DNA of 64,000 nt from an uncultured Alphaproteobacteria bacterium. GTDB taxonomy: Bacteria; Pseudomonadota; Alphaproteobacteria; Rs-D84; CACZYB01. The notes below the pieces were generated by a model. The model searched no databases and had not been told where the DNA came from. It was given only the letters and a program-made list of their open reading frames with translations. The stretch spans positions 17,408 through 81,407 of the forward strand of contig CALXQL010000016.1 of NCBI GenBank assembly GCA_944390685.1, read 5' to 3'. The translations under genes and the position numbers were made by a program. Shown here piece by piece: positions 18,261-28,299 of this stretch (position 1 is the first letter of the stretch; every line of letters begins with the position of its first letter).

Positions 18261-21200
18261 ATTCGGTTATTTCTATATTACTTTTTTTTGAAAATTTATT
18301 TTGCCACCACCATTTGAATTTTGCCCTTAATTGTACTCCTATCAATATCATACATGGAGTTACAATAAGAGTTAATATGGTTGCAAATCCCAATCCAAAT
18401 ATAACTGATTTTGAGAATGCTGCCCACATATCCATTGATGGGGATCCTATGGTTATATCGGCATTTATGAAGTCTATATTTAATTTCAATGCCATAGGAA
18501 CCAATCCCAATATTGTGGTAGTAGTTGTTAAGTATACTGGACGAATTCTTTGTAATCCAGTTCTTATCAATGCATCAAATGGATCACTTACTTTTTGTTT
18601 TATTTCATTATATGCATCAATTAAAACTATGTTATTATTAACAACTATACCAGCAAGAGATACTATTGCCAATCCAGTCATAACGATTGAAAATGGATCT
18701 TGCATTATAACTAATCCCAATACAACACCAATGGTTGATAGCAATATTGAAAATAGTATAATAAAGGTATCATAGAAACTATTGAATTGGGCTAGAAGTA
18801 TGAACCACATCAACATAATTGCAATGAAAAATGCCAATATAACAAATCCCATACTTTCTTGGCTATCTTCATCTTGTCCTGCAAAGGTGATTTCTATGCC
18901 ATCTTTTGGTGGAGTATTTTTTACATAGTTTTTCAATGCTGATATTTTTTCTGTTGCAAATGTTCCTTCTTCAACGTCTGCGGAAATTTTTATGATTCTT
19001 TTTCCATCAATTCTTTGAATTAAATTTACCTTTGGTTTTGGTAAAATATCAACAAAGGTTGATAGTGGAACTGAATTTATATTATTTGTTACAACATATA
19101 AATTATCAATCATGTTTAATGCTCTGAATTTTTTTGGGAAACGAGCAATGATATTTAATTCTTCATCACTATCAACTGGCATATATGTAGAAACAATTGC
19201 TCCTCTAGTCATCATTTGGACTATACCTCCAATAGATGCTATGTTTACACCAAATTTTGCCGCTTGGGCTTGGTTAATTTGCATTTCCCATTGGATACCA
19301 GGAAGTGGAAGAGTATCCTCTATATTTGTGAAACCTTTGATTTCATTCATCGCATTTCTTATATATTTATAACCTTCATTTATTAAATCTTGGTTATCAT
19401 TTTTTGCGGAAATTTCAATTTCAATAGGTTTTCCACTTACAGGTCCTTTATCTTCTTGTTGAATTTCTATGATGACACCGGACATATTTGCAAGAGTTTT
19501 TTCCATTTCATTTATTATTACATTTGCACGAGGGCGTTCTTGCCAATCTTTTAATTCAACTTGGATATATCCAATCACATCTTCGGCAGCATTATGAGAT
19601 TTTGCTCCGCTTCGTGAGTAGACATTATCAAAATATGGTAATTGATATATTAGATTTTCCGCTTGTCTTATGTATGCAGATTTTTCTTCTATAGATAAAT
19701 TACCTCTGGCATGAACATTTATATTTATGAAATCAGGTTCGGATTCAGGGAAGAATTCAACACCTACACCGAATTTTGCATATATGAAAAATGATGCAAA
19801 TAATGTGATGATTATAGTTATAAATACTTTCCATGGACGAGAAAGGGCAAATTTTAAGGCTTTATAATATACTTTCATATAACCTTTTAATTTATAGTAT
19901 TCGCCGTTTTCACTTGCCAATATTTGCACTTTTTCTTCATCTTTTATTGCACCTGCCTTTCCAAAAAGAGCACCCAAAACAGGTATGAATATCAAAGCAA
20001 CTAATAAAGATGCAGTTAAAACACAAATAACTGTTATTGGTAAGAATTTTAAGAATTCACCTATTACTCCTGGCCAAAACATTAATGGAGCAAAAGCTAC
20101 AAGAGTTGTTAATGTTGATGATATTACTGGCATAGCCATACGATCAGAGGCTTCGGCATAGGCATCAACTTTGTTTGCTCCTTCGGTCATTTTTTTATCG
20201 GCATATTCGGTTATAACTATGGCTCCATCAACAAGCATTCCAACAGCCAAAATTAAACCAAAAAGAACAACCATATTTATTCCCATACCTAAAAAGCCTA
20301 TAAATAATATACCAAGTAGGAAAGATATAGGAATTGAAAGTCCAACCAATAATCCGGTTCTTATTCCCAACATTAATACAACACAGACTATAACCAAAAT
20401 CATAGATGAAATAACATTGTTTTGTAAATCGGTTAAGTTATCATTTATTTTTTCAGATGAGTCATTTGTTAATTGTATTATTACGTTATCTGGAACGGTT
20501 TGTTTTGCTTCTTCAACAACTTTTTTTACCATTGTTAATATGTTTATTGTATTTCCTCCGGAACGTTTTTTTATTTCCAATGATAAACTTGGTTGTTGAT
20601 TCATACGGACATATTCTGTTGCGTTTTCAAAATTTCTTCTTACTTCTGCGATATCTTCTATTTTAATTACGGCGTCGCCTTCAATTTTAATTGGAAGTTT
20701 TTTGACGTCTTCAACATCTTCTATTAATCCAGGAACTTTGATAGGGAAAGCACCTTTTGATGTTTCTATATTTCCAGCTGGAATAAGTATGTTTGATGAT
20801 GCCAAAAATGAACTTACATTTGATAAGGCAAGTTTATATGAATCAAGTTTTGCTGGATCAATTAAAATTTCAATTTGTTCAGCTCTTTCTCCTCCTAATT
20901 CAGCTTCTAAAACACCTGGAACCGCTTCAATTGTATCTTGAAGATTTTCAGCAATATCCATCAATGTTTTTTCTGGTGCTGTTCCATAGATATTTACGAT
21001 ACCTATTGCGAATTCAGAAGTGTTTATTTCATCAATTACAGGTTCATCAATATCTTTTGGCATATATTGTTTTGCTTTATCAACAGCATCTTTTGTTTCA
21101 CGAAGTCCAATTTCAGGATCTGATCCTACTTCAAATTCAAGAATTACTTGGCAAAAACCTTCGTAGCATTTACTATTGGTTTCCTTTAATCCATTGATTG

Positions 21201-21417
21201 TTTTAAATTCTTTTTCAAGAGGTTTTGCAATTAAGCGTTCACCATCTTCTGGTGATATTCCCATATATGTTACGGTTGTTATAACCATAGGTATGTTTAC
21301 ATCTGGAAAAGATTCCTTTGGTAGACTATTATATGTCATAAGTCCCGCAATTGTGCATAAAAATAAACTGAATAAGAATACGCGGGTTCTTCCTATTGCA
21401 ACCTTTACAATTGACAT
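18259..21417 (-). CDS. RND-family multidrug efflux permease (AcrB/AcrD/MexB-like)
   Basis: 1052 aa with 12 TM segments and two large periplasmic loops; lies downstream of a membrane-fusion-protein gene. Confidence 0.85.
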   Translation of the reverse strand: MSIVKVAIGRTRVFLFSLFLCTIAGLMTYNSLPKESFPDVNIPMVITTVTYMGISPEDGERLIAKPLEKEFKTINGLKETNSKCYEGFCQVILEFEVGSDPEIGLRETKDAVDKAKQYMPKDIDEPVIDEINTSEFAIGIVNIYGTAPEKTLMDIAENLQDTIEAVPGVLEAELGGERAEQIEILIDPAKLDSYKLALSNVSSFLASSNILIPAGNIETSKGAFPIKVPGLIEDVEDVKKLPIKIEGDAVIKIEDIAEVRRNFENATEYVRMNQQPSLSLEIKKRSGGNTINILTMVKKVVEEAKQTVPDNVIIQLTNDSSEKINDNLTDLQNNVISSMILVIVCVVLMLGIRTGLLVGLSIPISFLLGILFIGFLGMGINMVVLFGLILAVGMLVDGAIVITEYADKKMTEGANKVDAYAEASDRMAMPVISSTLTTLVAFAPLMFWPGVIGEFLKFLPITVICVLTASLLVALIFIPVLGALFGKAGAIKDEEKVQILASENGEYYKLKGYMKVYYKALKFALSRPWKVFITIIITLFASFFIYAKFGVGVEFFPESEPDFININVHARGNLSIEEKSAYIRQAENLIYQLPYFDNVYSRSGAKSHNAAEDVIGYIQVELKDWQERPRANVIINEMEKTLANMSGVIIEIQQEDKGPVSGKPIEIEISAKNDNQDLINEGYKYIRNAMNEIKGFTNIEDTLPLPGIQWEMQINQAQAAKFGVNIASIGGIVQMMTRGAIVSTYMPVDSDEELNIIARFPKKFRALNMIDNLYVVTNNINSVPLSTFVDILPKPKVNLIQRIDGKRIIKISADVEEGTFATEKISALKNYVKNTPPKDGIEITFAGQDEDSQESMGFVILAFFIAIMLMWFILLAQFNSFYDTFIILFSILLSTIGVVLGLVIMQDPFSIVMTGLAIVSLAGIVVNNNIVLIDAYNEIKQKVSDPFDALIRTGLQRIRPVYLTTTTTILGLVPMALKLNIDFINADITIGSPSMDMWAAFSKSVIFGLGFATILTLIVTPCMILIGVQLRAKFKWWWQNKFSKKSNIEITE

Positions 21418-21438
21418 AGTTATCTCCTTATTTAAAAA

Positions 21439-22569
21439 TTATTTATTATCAGTTAATACTTGTAATTTTTCCTCATTTATAAATGTTGGGTCTACTTCTT
21501 CCCCTTCTTTTACAAATTCGCTTCCACTTATAATTACATTTGCTGTGTTTGGAAGTCCAGATACCCAAAGGCCTCCCTGTTCTTCCTTTATTATTTCAAC
21601 TGGATAAAAATGAACAATATTTTTATCATCAATTGTTTTAACACCAACTTCTCCATTTTCATTTAATGTTAGGCAGGATGAAACACCCAATTTTATTGCG
21701 GAAATTGTATCAAGAGGGAATAATATTTCGGCTGTTAAACCTTCTACTATTTTATTATCCTTATTATTTGCTTCTAATTCCAAACTGAATGTCCTTGTTG
21801 AAGTATTTGCAATTGAACTTATATATGTAAGCATTGCTTCAATAGTTTCTTTGTTTGAAAGATTAACTTTTGCAATAACACCTTTTTTTACACGGCTTAT
21901 ATATTTTTCTGGAATTTCCGCCTTTATTTTTATTGGATTTAGATTTACAAAAACACCAATATTTTCACTTGAACTTACATAAGAGCCTTCTTCTATTTTT
22001 AAATCATCAACAACACCATCAAAAGGGGCTCTTAAAATAGTATGATCTATATCCAAAATTATTTGTTCAAGGTTTGCTTTTGCTGATTTATATGTTGCTT
22101 CGTTAGATACAAATTCAACACGAGAAATTAAGTCTTGGGATAGTAATGTTTTAGCTGTATTATATTCAATTTCGGCTTTGTCTTTTGCTGCTTGAGCTGC
22201 ACGAAGTTTTGCCATTCTATCTTCCATTGCAAGAGTGATTATTGCATCACCTTTTTTTACATATTGTCCTTTTCTTTTATTTATTTTTTTTACTATACCA
22301 GATGTACGGATTTTTAAATCAACTTTTTCCATTGCTTCGGTATGTCCGTATATTAAAACGTCGGAAACAATAGGTTTTGATGTTAATTGTTCAACATTTA
22401 CTTTCATCTTTTTTATTTCTGGTTTTGGGGTTGGAGTTGATGTGGAAAAAATCATTCCAATTGAAAACCATAAAATCAAAGCAAATATTATTAAATATAC
22501 GAATTTGTTAGAACCTTTTTGTTGACCTAATCTTGAATTTTTATATCTTTCATGTAATTTTCTTATCAT
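21439..22569 (-). CDS. RND efflux periplasmic adaptor (membrane fusion protein, AcrA/HlyD family)
   Basis: N-terminal TM anchor, coiled-coil hairpin and lipoyl/beta-barrel domains; lies immediately upstream of the RND permease. Confidence 0.75.
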   Translation of the reverse strand: MIRKLHERYKNSRLGQQKGSNKFVYLIIFALILWFSIGMIFSTSTPTPKPEIKKMKVNVEQLTSKPIVSDVLIYGHTEAMEKVDLKIRTSGIVKKINKRKGQYVKKGDAIITLAMEDRMAKLRAAQAAKDKAEIEYNTAKTLLSQDLISRVEFVSNEATYKSAKANLEQIILDIDHTILRAPFDGVVDDLKIEEGSYVSSSENIGVFVNLNPIKIKAEIPEKYISRVKKGVIAKVNLSNKETIEAMLTYISSIANTSTRTFSLELEANNKDNKIVEGLTAEILFPLDTISAIKLGVSSCLTLNENGEVGVKTIDDKNIVHFYPVEIIKEEQGGLWVSGLPNTANVIISGSEFVKEGEEVDPTFINEEKLQVLTDNK

Positions 22570-22727
22570 TTATTTTATACTCCTTATTAAAATTTTCATA
22601 ACTATTTTAAATTTTTATTGCCAATAGTAAATTATCAGTATAGAATTTAAAACTATCTTTGTAAATAAAAAAAGTAAAAAAATATTGATTTTTTCTTATG
22701 TCAATAAGTAATTAAAAAGGTGAAATT

Positions 22728-25133
22728 ATGACAAAAAAATATGACTTTAATTTTATTGAAAAAAAATGGCAAAACATTTGGGAAAATGAAAAAACTTTCA
22801 GTGTTAAAATTGATAAATCAAAGAAAAAATTTTATTCATTAGTTGAGTTTCCTTATCCATCAGGGGAGGGACTTCATGTTGGTCATCCTCGTTCTTTTAC
22901 CGCAATGGATATCATTTCAAGAAAAAAAAGAGCTGAAGGTTTTAATGTGTTATTTCCTATTGGTTTTGATGCTTTTGGTCTTCCAACTGAAAGATTTGCA
23001 ATTAAAAAAGGTATTCATCCTGCTATTGCAACAAAAAATAATATTGCAAATTTTGTAAAACAACTTAAATCTATTGGTTTTTCTTTTGATTGGGATAGAG
23101 TTGTAAATACTACAGATCCAGAGTATTTTAAATGGACTCAATGGATGTTCATTCAAATGGTTAAAGCTGGACTTGCATATAAAGGTGAAGAAACTATTTC
23201 TTGGTGTCCAGAATGTAAAATAGGTATTGCAAATGAAGAACTTGAAAATGGACATTGTGAAAGATGTGGTAGTGAAGTGCAAAAAAAGAAAAAGTCCGCT
23301 TGGATTTTAAAAATGCAATCTTATTCCGATAAACTTTTAGATGGATTGAAAAAAGTTGATTTCCCAGATAGTGTGAAAAAAATGCAAACTGATTGGATTG
23401 GTAAATCTGTTGGTGCGGAAATTGATTTCCCTTTGAAAAATTTTGATGAAAAATTAAAAGTTTTTACTACAAGACCAGATACCATTTTTGGGGTTAGTTA
23501 TATGGTAATTTCTCCTGAACATCCGTTGATTGAAAAACTTGCTTCTTCTATTTCAAATATTGATGAAGTTCGTAATTATCAAAATGAAGCAAAAAAGAAA
23601 ACTGATTTTGAAAGATCTCAACTTAATAAAAATAAAACTGGTGTGAAATTAGATGGGGTGGTTGCTATAAATCCTTTTAATGATAATGAAATACCTGTAT
23701 TTATTTCTGATTATGTTTTAATGGGGTATGGAACTGGTGCTATTATGGCTGTGCCTGCGCATGATGATAGAGATTGGGAATTTGCAAAAAAATTCAATCT
23801 TCCTATTATTCCAGTTTTAAAAAGTGATTTTGATGTTAATGAAAAACCATTTACAGATGATGGCGTGCATATCAATTCTTTATTTTTAGATGGACTTAAT
23901 AAACAAGAGGCAATTGATAAAATCATTTCTATTTTGGAAGAAAAAGGATTTGGTAAAAAAGCTGTTAATTATCGTATGACAGATTGGGTTTTTACAAGAC
24001 AAAGATATTGGGGGGAACCTATACCTATGGTAAATTGTCCTAAATGTGGTTGGGTGCCAATGGATGAAAAAGATTTGCCTTTGATGCTTCCTGATGTTGA
24101 TGATTATATGCCAACAGATGAAGGCTTATCTCCTCTTGCAAAAGCAAAAGATTGGGTAAAAACAAAATGTCCAAAATGTCATGGTGATGCAGAAAGAGAA
24201 ACTGATACTATGCCTACTTGGGCGGGATCTTCTTGGTATTATCTTCGTTATATGGATCCAAAAAATAAAGATGCGTTTGCTTCAAAAGAAGCTCTTGATT
24301 ATTGGGGACAAGTTGATTGGTATGAAGGTGGGGCTGAGCATGTAACAAGACATTTACTTTATTCTCGTTTTTGGCATAAAGTATTGTTTGATTTGGGTTT
24401 GGTGCCTTTTGATGAACCTTATCATAAACGTTCTTTGCATGGTATGATTTTGGCTTCTAATGGTGAAAAAATGAGTAAGTCAAAAGGTAATGTCGTTAAT
24501 CCTGATGATATTGTTAGAGAGTTTGGTGCTGATACACTTCGTATTTATGAAATGTTCATTGGTCCATTTGATCAAGCTGCTGCATGGTCAACAAGTTCTA
24601 TGGTAGGGGTATTCAGGTTTTTAAATAAAGTTTATGATTTAGCTTTTAATGTTGCTAATGTTGAAATGACTGAAAAAGATGAGGCTATGCTTCATCAAAC
24701 AATTAAAGATGTTAGTGAACGTATTGATACTATGAAATTCAATACCGCAGTTTCAGCATTGATGGTTATGGCTAATTATATGGCGGAACTTGATAAAATA
24801 CCTTATCCTATGATGGAAGGATTTGTAAAATTACTTAATCCTTTTGCTCCACATATTGCAAGTGAAATTTGGGAGATGTTAGGTCATTCATCAAGAATTG
24901 ATTTTGAACCTTTCCCTGTTTATGATGTGGAAAAAATTAAGACTTCATCTGTGAATATGGTTATTACTATCAATGGAAAAAAACGATTGGAAGTTTTAAT
25001 GCCTGTTGATGAAGATGATGAAAATGTTAAAAAATTAGTATTGGAAAATAAAGATTTACAAACTTATATAAAAGATAAAGAAATAAAGAAAATTATCGTA
25101 GTGAAAAATAAGATTGTAAATATTGTGATTTAA
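22728..25133 (+). CDS. leuS: leucine--tRNA ligase
   Basis: HVGH class I (HIGH) motif as PYPSGEGLHVGH, and a KMSKS motif; 801 aa. Confidence 0.95.
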   Translation: MTKKYDFNFIEKKWQNIWENEKTFSVKIDKSKKKFYSLVEFPYPSGEGLHVGHPRSFTAMDIISRKKRAEGFNVLFPIGFDAFGLPTERFAIKKGIHPAIATKNNIANFVKQLKSIGFSFDWDRVVNTTDPEYFKWTQWMFIQMVKAGLAYKGEETISWCPECKIGIANEELENGHCERCGSEVQKKKKSAWILKMQSYSDKLLDGLKKVDFPDSVKKMQTDWIGKSVGAEIDFPLKNFDEKLKVFTTRPDTIFGVSYMVISPEHPLIEKLASSISNIDEVRNYQNEAKKKTDFERSQLNKNKTGVKLDGVVAINPFNDNEIPVFISDYVLMGYGTGAIMAVPAHDDRDWEFAKKFNLPIIPVLKSDFDVNEKPFTDDGVHINSLFLDGLNKQEAIDKIISILEEKGFGKKAVNYRMTDWVFTRQRYWGEPIPMVNCPKCGWVPMDEKDLPLMLPDVDDYMPTDEGLSPLAKAKDWVKTKCPKCHGDAERETDTMPTWAGSSWYYLRYMDPKNKDAFASKEALDYWGQVDWYEGGAEHVTRHLLYSRFWHKVLFDLGLVPFDEPYHKRSLHGMILASNGEKMSKSKGNVVNPDDIVREFGADTLRIYEMFIGPFDQAAAWSTSSMVGVFRFLNKVYDLAFNVANVEMTEKDEAMLHQTIKDVSERIDTMKFNTAVSALMVMANYMAELDKIPYPMMEGFVKLLNPFAPHIASEIWEMLGHSSRIDFEPFPVYDVEKIKTSSVNMVITINGKKRLEVLMPVDEDDENVKKLVLENKDLQTYIKDKEIKKIIVVKNKIVNIVI

Positions 25134-25137
25134 AATA

Positions 25138-25160
25138 TCCCCCTTTATGGGGGAGTTTTT
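25138..25160. terminator. bidirectional terminator (TCCCCC-TTTAT-GGGGGA followed by a T-run) between leuS and the convergent ftsY
   Basis: Inverted repeat read directly from the sequence. Confidence 0.6.
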
Positions 25161-26028
25161 ATAATTCCAATAATGTATTTAAAAATGTATCAGGTGAAAA
25201 GTTTTTTATATCTTCAATTTGTTCACCATCGGTTATGAAATATATTGGCTTTTTATATTTTTCAATTAAGGATATGATGAAACCGGATTTTGAACTTCCT
25301 TCGGTTTTTGTGATTATAAAGCCGTCAATTTTTATATTTTGTGAAAATTTTTCCATTTGAAGAAGGCTGTTTTGTCCCCCATTTCCATCTAATACTAATA
25401 TGGTTTTATTAGGAGCATTTGTATTTATTTTTTTTATAGTTTTTATGATTTTTTCTAATTCTGCCATTAAACTTTCATTATTTGCCAATCGTCCAGCAGT
25501 ATCAATTAAGACTATGTCATCGTTTTCCGCTTTTGCTTTATTATATCCATCGTATGCAAGTCCAGATGGGTTTGCATTTTCTTTTGAAATTAATTTTGCA
25601 TTTGCCTCTTTGACCCAATCGGCAAGTTGTTCTGTTGCAGCAATGCGGAATGTATCACATGCAATGACAGATACGGATTTATTTTCTTTTGTGTATTTAT
25701 TGGCGAGTTTACCTATGGTAGTTGTTTTACCACTTCCATTAACACCAATCATTATTATTGAAAAAGGTTTTTCTTTATCATCTATTATAAATTCTTCTTG
25801 ATAAGGAGAGATGATTTTTAATAATTCCTCTTTTAATATTTCTTTGATTTCTGTATCTTTTACATCTTTTCCAAATTTTTGTTTTTTGATTGTATTTATC
25901 AATCGTTCAGTTATGTCATAGGAAATATCCGCAGTGATTAAGATTTCTTCTAATTCTTCTAACATAGAATCATCTAATTTTTTATTTGTGAAGATTGATG
26001 TTATTTTTTTACCTAATTTTGTGAACAT
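25159..26028 (-). CDS. ftsY: signal recognition particle receptor FtsY (short form, NG domain only)
   Basis: IMIGVNGSGKTTTIGKLA P-loop and DTAGR motif; 289 aa. Confidence 0.9.
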   Translation of the reverse strand: MFTKLGKKITSIFTNKKLDDSMLEELEEILITADISYDITERLINTIKKQKFGKDVKDTEIKEILKEELLKIISPYQEEFIIDDKEKPFSIIMIGVNGSGKTTTIGKLANKYTKENKSVSVIACDTFRIAATEQLADWVKEANAKLISKENANPSGLAYDGYNKAKAENDDIVLIDTAGRLANNESLMAELEKIIKTIKKINTNAPNKTILVLDGNGGQNSLLQMEKFSQNIKIDGFIITKTEGSSKSGFIISLIEKYKKPIYFITDGEQIEDIKNFSPDTFLNTLLEL

Positions 26029-26099
26029 AAAAAATCCTTTGCTTATTTAGTTTTTTATTTTATATTATTTAAAAAATAAACTTTATCAAGGATTTTATT

Positions 26100-26978
26100 A
26101 TGCAAAAAAAAGTTAAAATTATTTGTGGTGCAACTGCAAGCGGTAAAAGTGCAAAGGCTTTGGATATGGCATTTAATGACAATGGGGTAATCATAAATGC
26201 AGATAGTCAGCAAGTTTATAAGGATTTGCCTATATTAACCGCTATGCCTTCGGTGGAAGATATGCAAAAGGTTCCTCATAAACTTTATGCTTTTATTGAT
26301 GGAACAGAGAGAATGGACGTTTCTAAATGGTGTGAATTTGCAGTTTGTGAAATTAAAAAAGCTTTTGAAAATGGACAGCAACCTTATATAGTGGGAGGAA
26401 CTGGATTTTATATTAAAGCTTTGACCGAAGGGTTATCTGTTATTCCTTCTGTGCCAGCAAAGATTAGAGAATTGGTTCGTAAAGAAGGGTTAAATGCAAA
26501 ATGTAGCGATTTACATAATATACTTGAAAAATATGATCCTGATTTGGCTCGTAAAGTGGCTGTTAATGATAAGCAAAGAATACTTCGTGGGATTGAGGTT
26601 TTTCGTGCAACTGGTGTGCCTTTATCTGCTTGGCAAAGAAATAAAAAAATTAAACCTTTGGGAGATATGGAATTTGATATTGATTTTATTGATTATCCTA
26701 TGAGTGAGCTTGAAAAACGAATTAAACTTCGTGCCTCTTTAATGTTTGATATGGGTGTGGTAGATGAGGTAAAGGCTTTGTTTAATCGTGGTTATGATGA
26801 AAGATCAGGTGTGTTCAAAATTTTGGGTGTTAAGGAAATAAAGTCCTTTATTGATGGGGAAATATCTTTTGATGAGGTGGTGGCAAAACTTGCTCTTATT
26901 ACACGTCAATATGCAAAAAGACAAAGAACATTTTTTAAAACTCAAATACTTTCTATAAAAAATACTTTAATTTCATAA
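26100..26978 (+). CDS. miaA: tRNA dimethylallyltransferase
   Basis: IICGATASGKSAKAL P-loop and QQVYKDLPILTA motifs. Confidence 0.9.
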   Translation: MQKKVKIICGATASGKSAKALDMAFNDNGVIINADSQQVYKDLPILTAMPSVEDMQKVPHKLYAFIDGTERMDVSKWCEFAVCEIKKAFENGQQPYIVGGTGFYIKALTEGLSVIPSVPAKIRELVRKEGLNAKCSDLHNILEKYDPDLARKVAVNDKQRILRGIEVFRATGVPLSAWQRNKKIKPLGDMEFDIDFIDYPMSELEKRIKLRASLMFDMGVVDEVKALFNRGYDERSGVFKILGVKEIKSFIDGEISFDEVVAKLALITRQYAKRQRTFFKTQILSIKNTLIS

Positions 26979-27042
26979 TTCTTTTGCTTTCATGCTTTTT
27001 TTATGGTATTATATCTTTACCAGTAATTAAAAGGAGAAAAAT

Positions 27043-28188
27043 ATGGCTAATGAAGAAAAGAGACCTTCTTTACTTAGAAGTGCAGAAGAAATGAGGAAAA
27101 AAATGGGATTTGATGATGCTACTGATAAATTAGAATCTCAAATGCCAAATGAGGAACTTCTAGTTGAGGAAGAACAAACTCAAGATGATGAATTCACTCT
27201 TGCTTTGCAACAAATAGGGGCTGTGGCAAGTGAAGGTATGAGTAATAAAGTCGTTGAGAAAATTTTGGATTTTTATAATTCACAATATGAAAATAAAGAT
27301 AAACTTAAAGAAAAAATTATTACTATTTCTAATTGGTGTAGGGATACTATTACTAAAATAAATCAAGAAGAAGAGGATTGGAATAATAAGGAAACTCTAC
27401 GACATAATTTAAATTTAGTTATGAATTATTTGGAAAATGGGGATATTTCTCATCAAACTTTTGATACAATATTATCTTATCTTAATACTTTTAATGTTGA
27501 AAATATTTTTGAAGGTTTTTTATCTGAAGCTCTTGTAAATTCCGGATATATGGATGAACAAGTTGAAAATGAAAAAAATGAAATTTTGCCTATTTTATCT
27601 TATGTCCTTGATAATGTTTTAGATGAGGATAAGGATAATGTGAAAGTTGATGAAGATGCCGATTTAGATGAAGAAAATTATACTTTTTTTGATAAAAAGG
27701 TAAAAATTTCTGATAATTCAAAAGTAAAATTTAAATCAGAAAGTGGTAGATTTGATTCTAATGTCATTGGAGATTCAAATAAAAATTCTTTGGTATTTTC
27801 TCATGATAAAGGTGTTAATGCTCCACAAAATGCTGTAAATTCTGTTTTTTATGGAATGATTGATTTTATGGAGGAGAAAAATCAAATTCCTTTTGAATTT
27901 AATATCAATACCAAAACAGAAGAATTTAAAAAATCATTATTTGAAATTATTAAATTAAATCAACAAAAGGATATACTTATTGATAATGATGATATAAATT
28001 CAATTAATAAAGATGATAAATTTAAAGATAAAGTTTCAAAATTTATTATTGATGGTGTGGAAATTTCTTACAATCAATTTAATACATTTAAAAATTTTGA
28101 AGATTTTAAAAATTTCCAATCTAAAGTTAATAAAATGGATACTCAAAATAATGAATTACCAGAAATTCTATCTTCAAGAGAAAGGTAA
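27043..28188 (+). CDS. hypothetical acidic (D/E/N-rich) protein with no recognisable domain
   Basis: ORF of 381 aa with an RBS; no signal peptide. Confidence 0.5.
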   Translation: MANEEKRPSLLRSAEEMRKKMGFDDATDKLESQMPNEELLVEEEQTQDDEFTLALQQIGAVASEGMSNKVVEKILDFYNSQYENKDKLKEKIITISNWCRDTITKINQEEEDWNNKETLRHNLNLVMNYLENGDISHQTFDTILSYLNTFNVENIFEGFLSEALVNSGYMDEQVENEKNEILPILSYVLDNVLDEDKDNVKVDEDADLDEENYTFFDKKVKISDNSKVKFKSESGRFDSNVIGDSNKNSLVFSHDKGVNAPQNAVNSVFYGMIDFMEEKNQIPFEFNINTKTEEFKKSLFEIIKLNQQKDILIDNDDINSINKDDKFKDKVSKFIIDGVEISYNQFNTFKNFEDFKNFQSKVNKMDTQNNELPEILSSRER

Positions 28189-28299
28189 TTTTTGTTATAT
28201 TTATTGCCACCATATTTATATGGTGGTTTTTTTATGTTTTTTACCCTTTACATAGTGTTAAAAAAATGATATAATGTATTATAAATTTAGGAGAGATTT

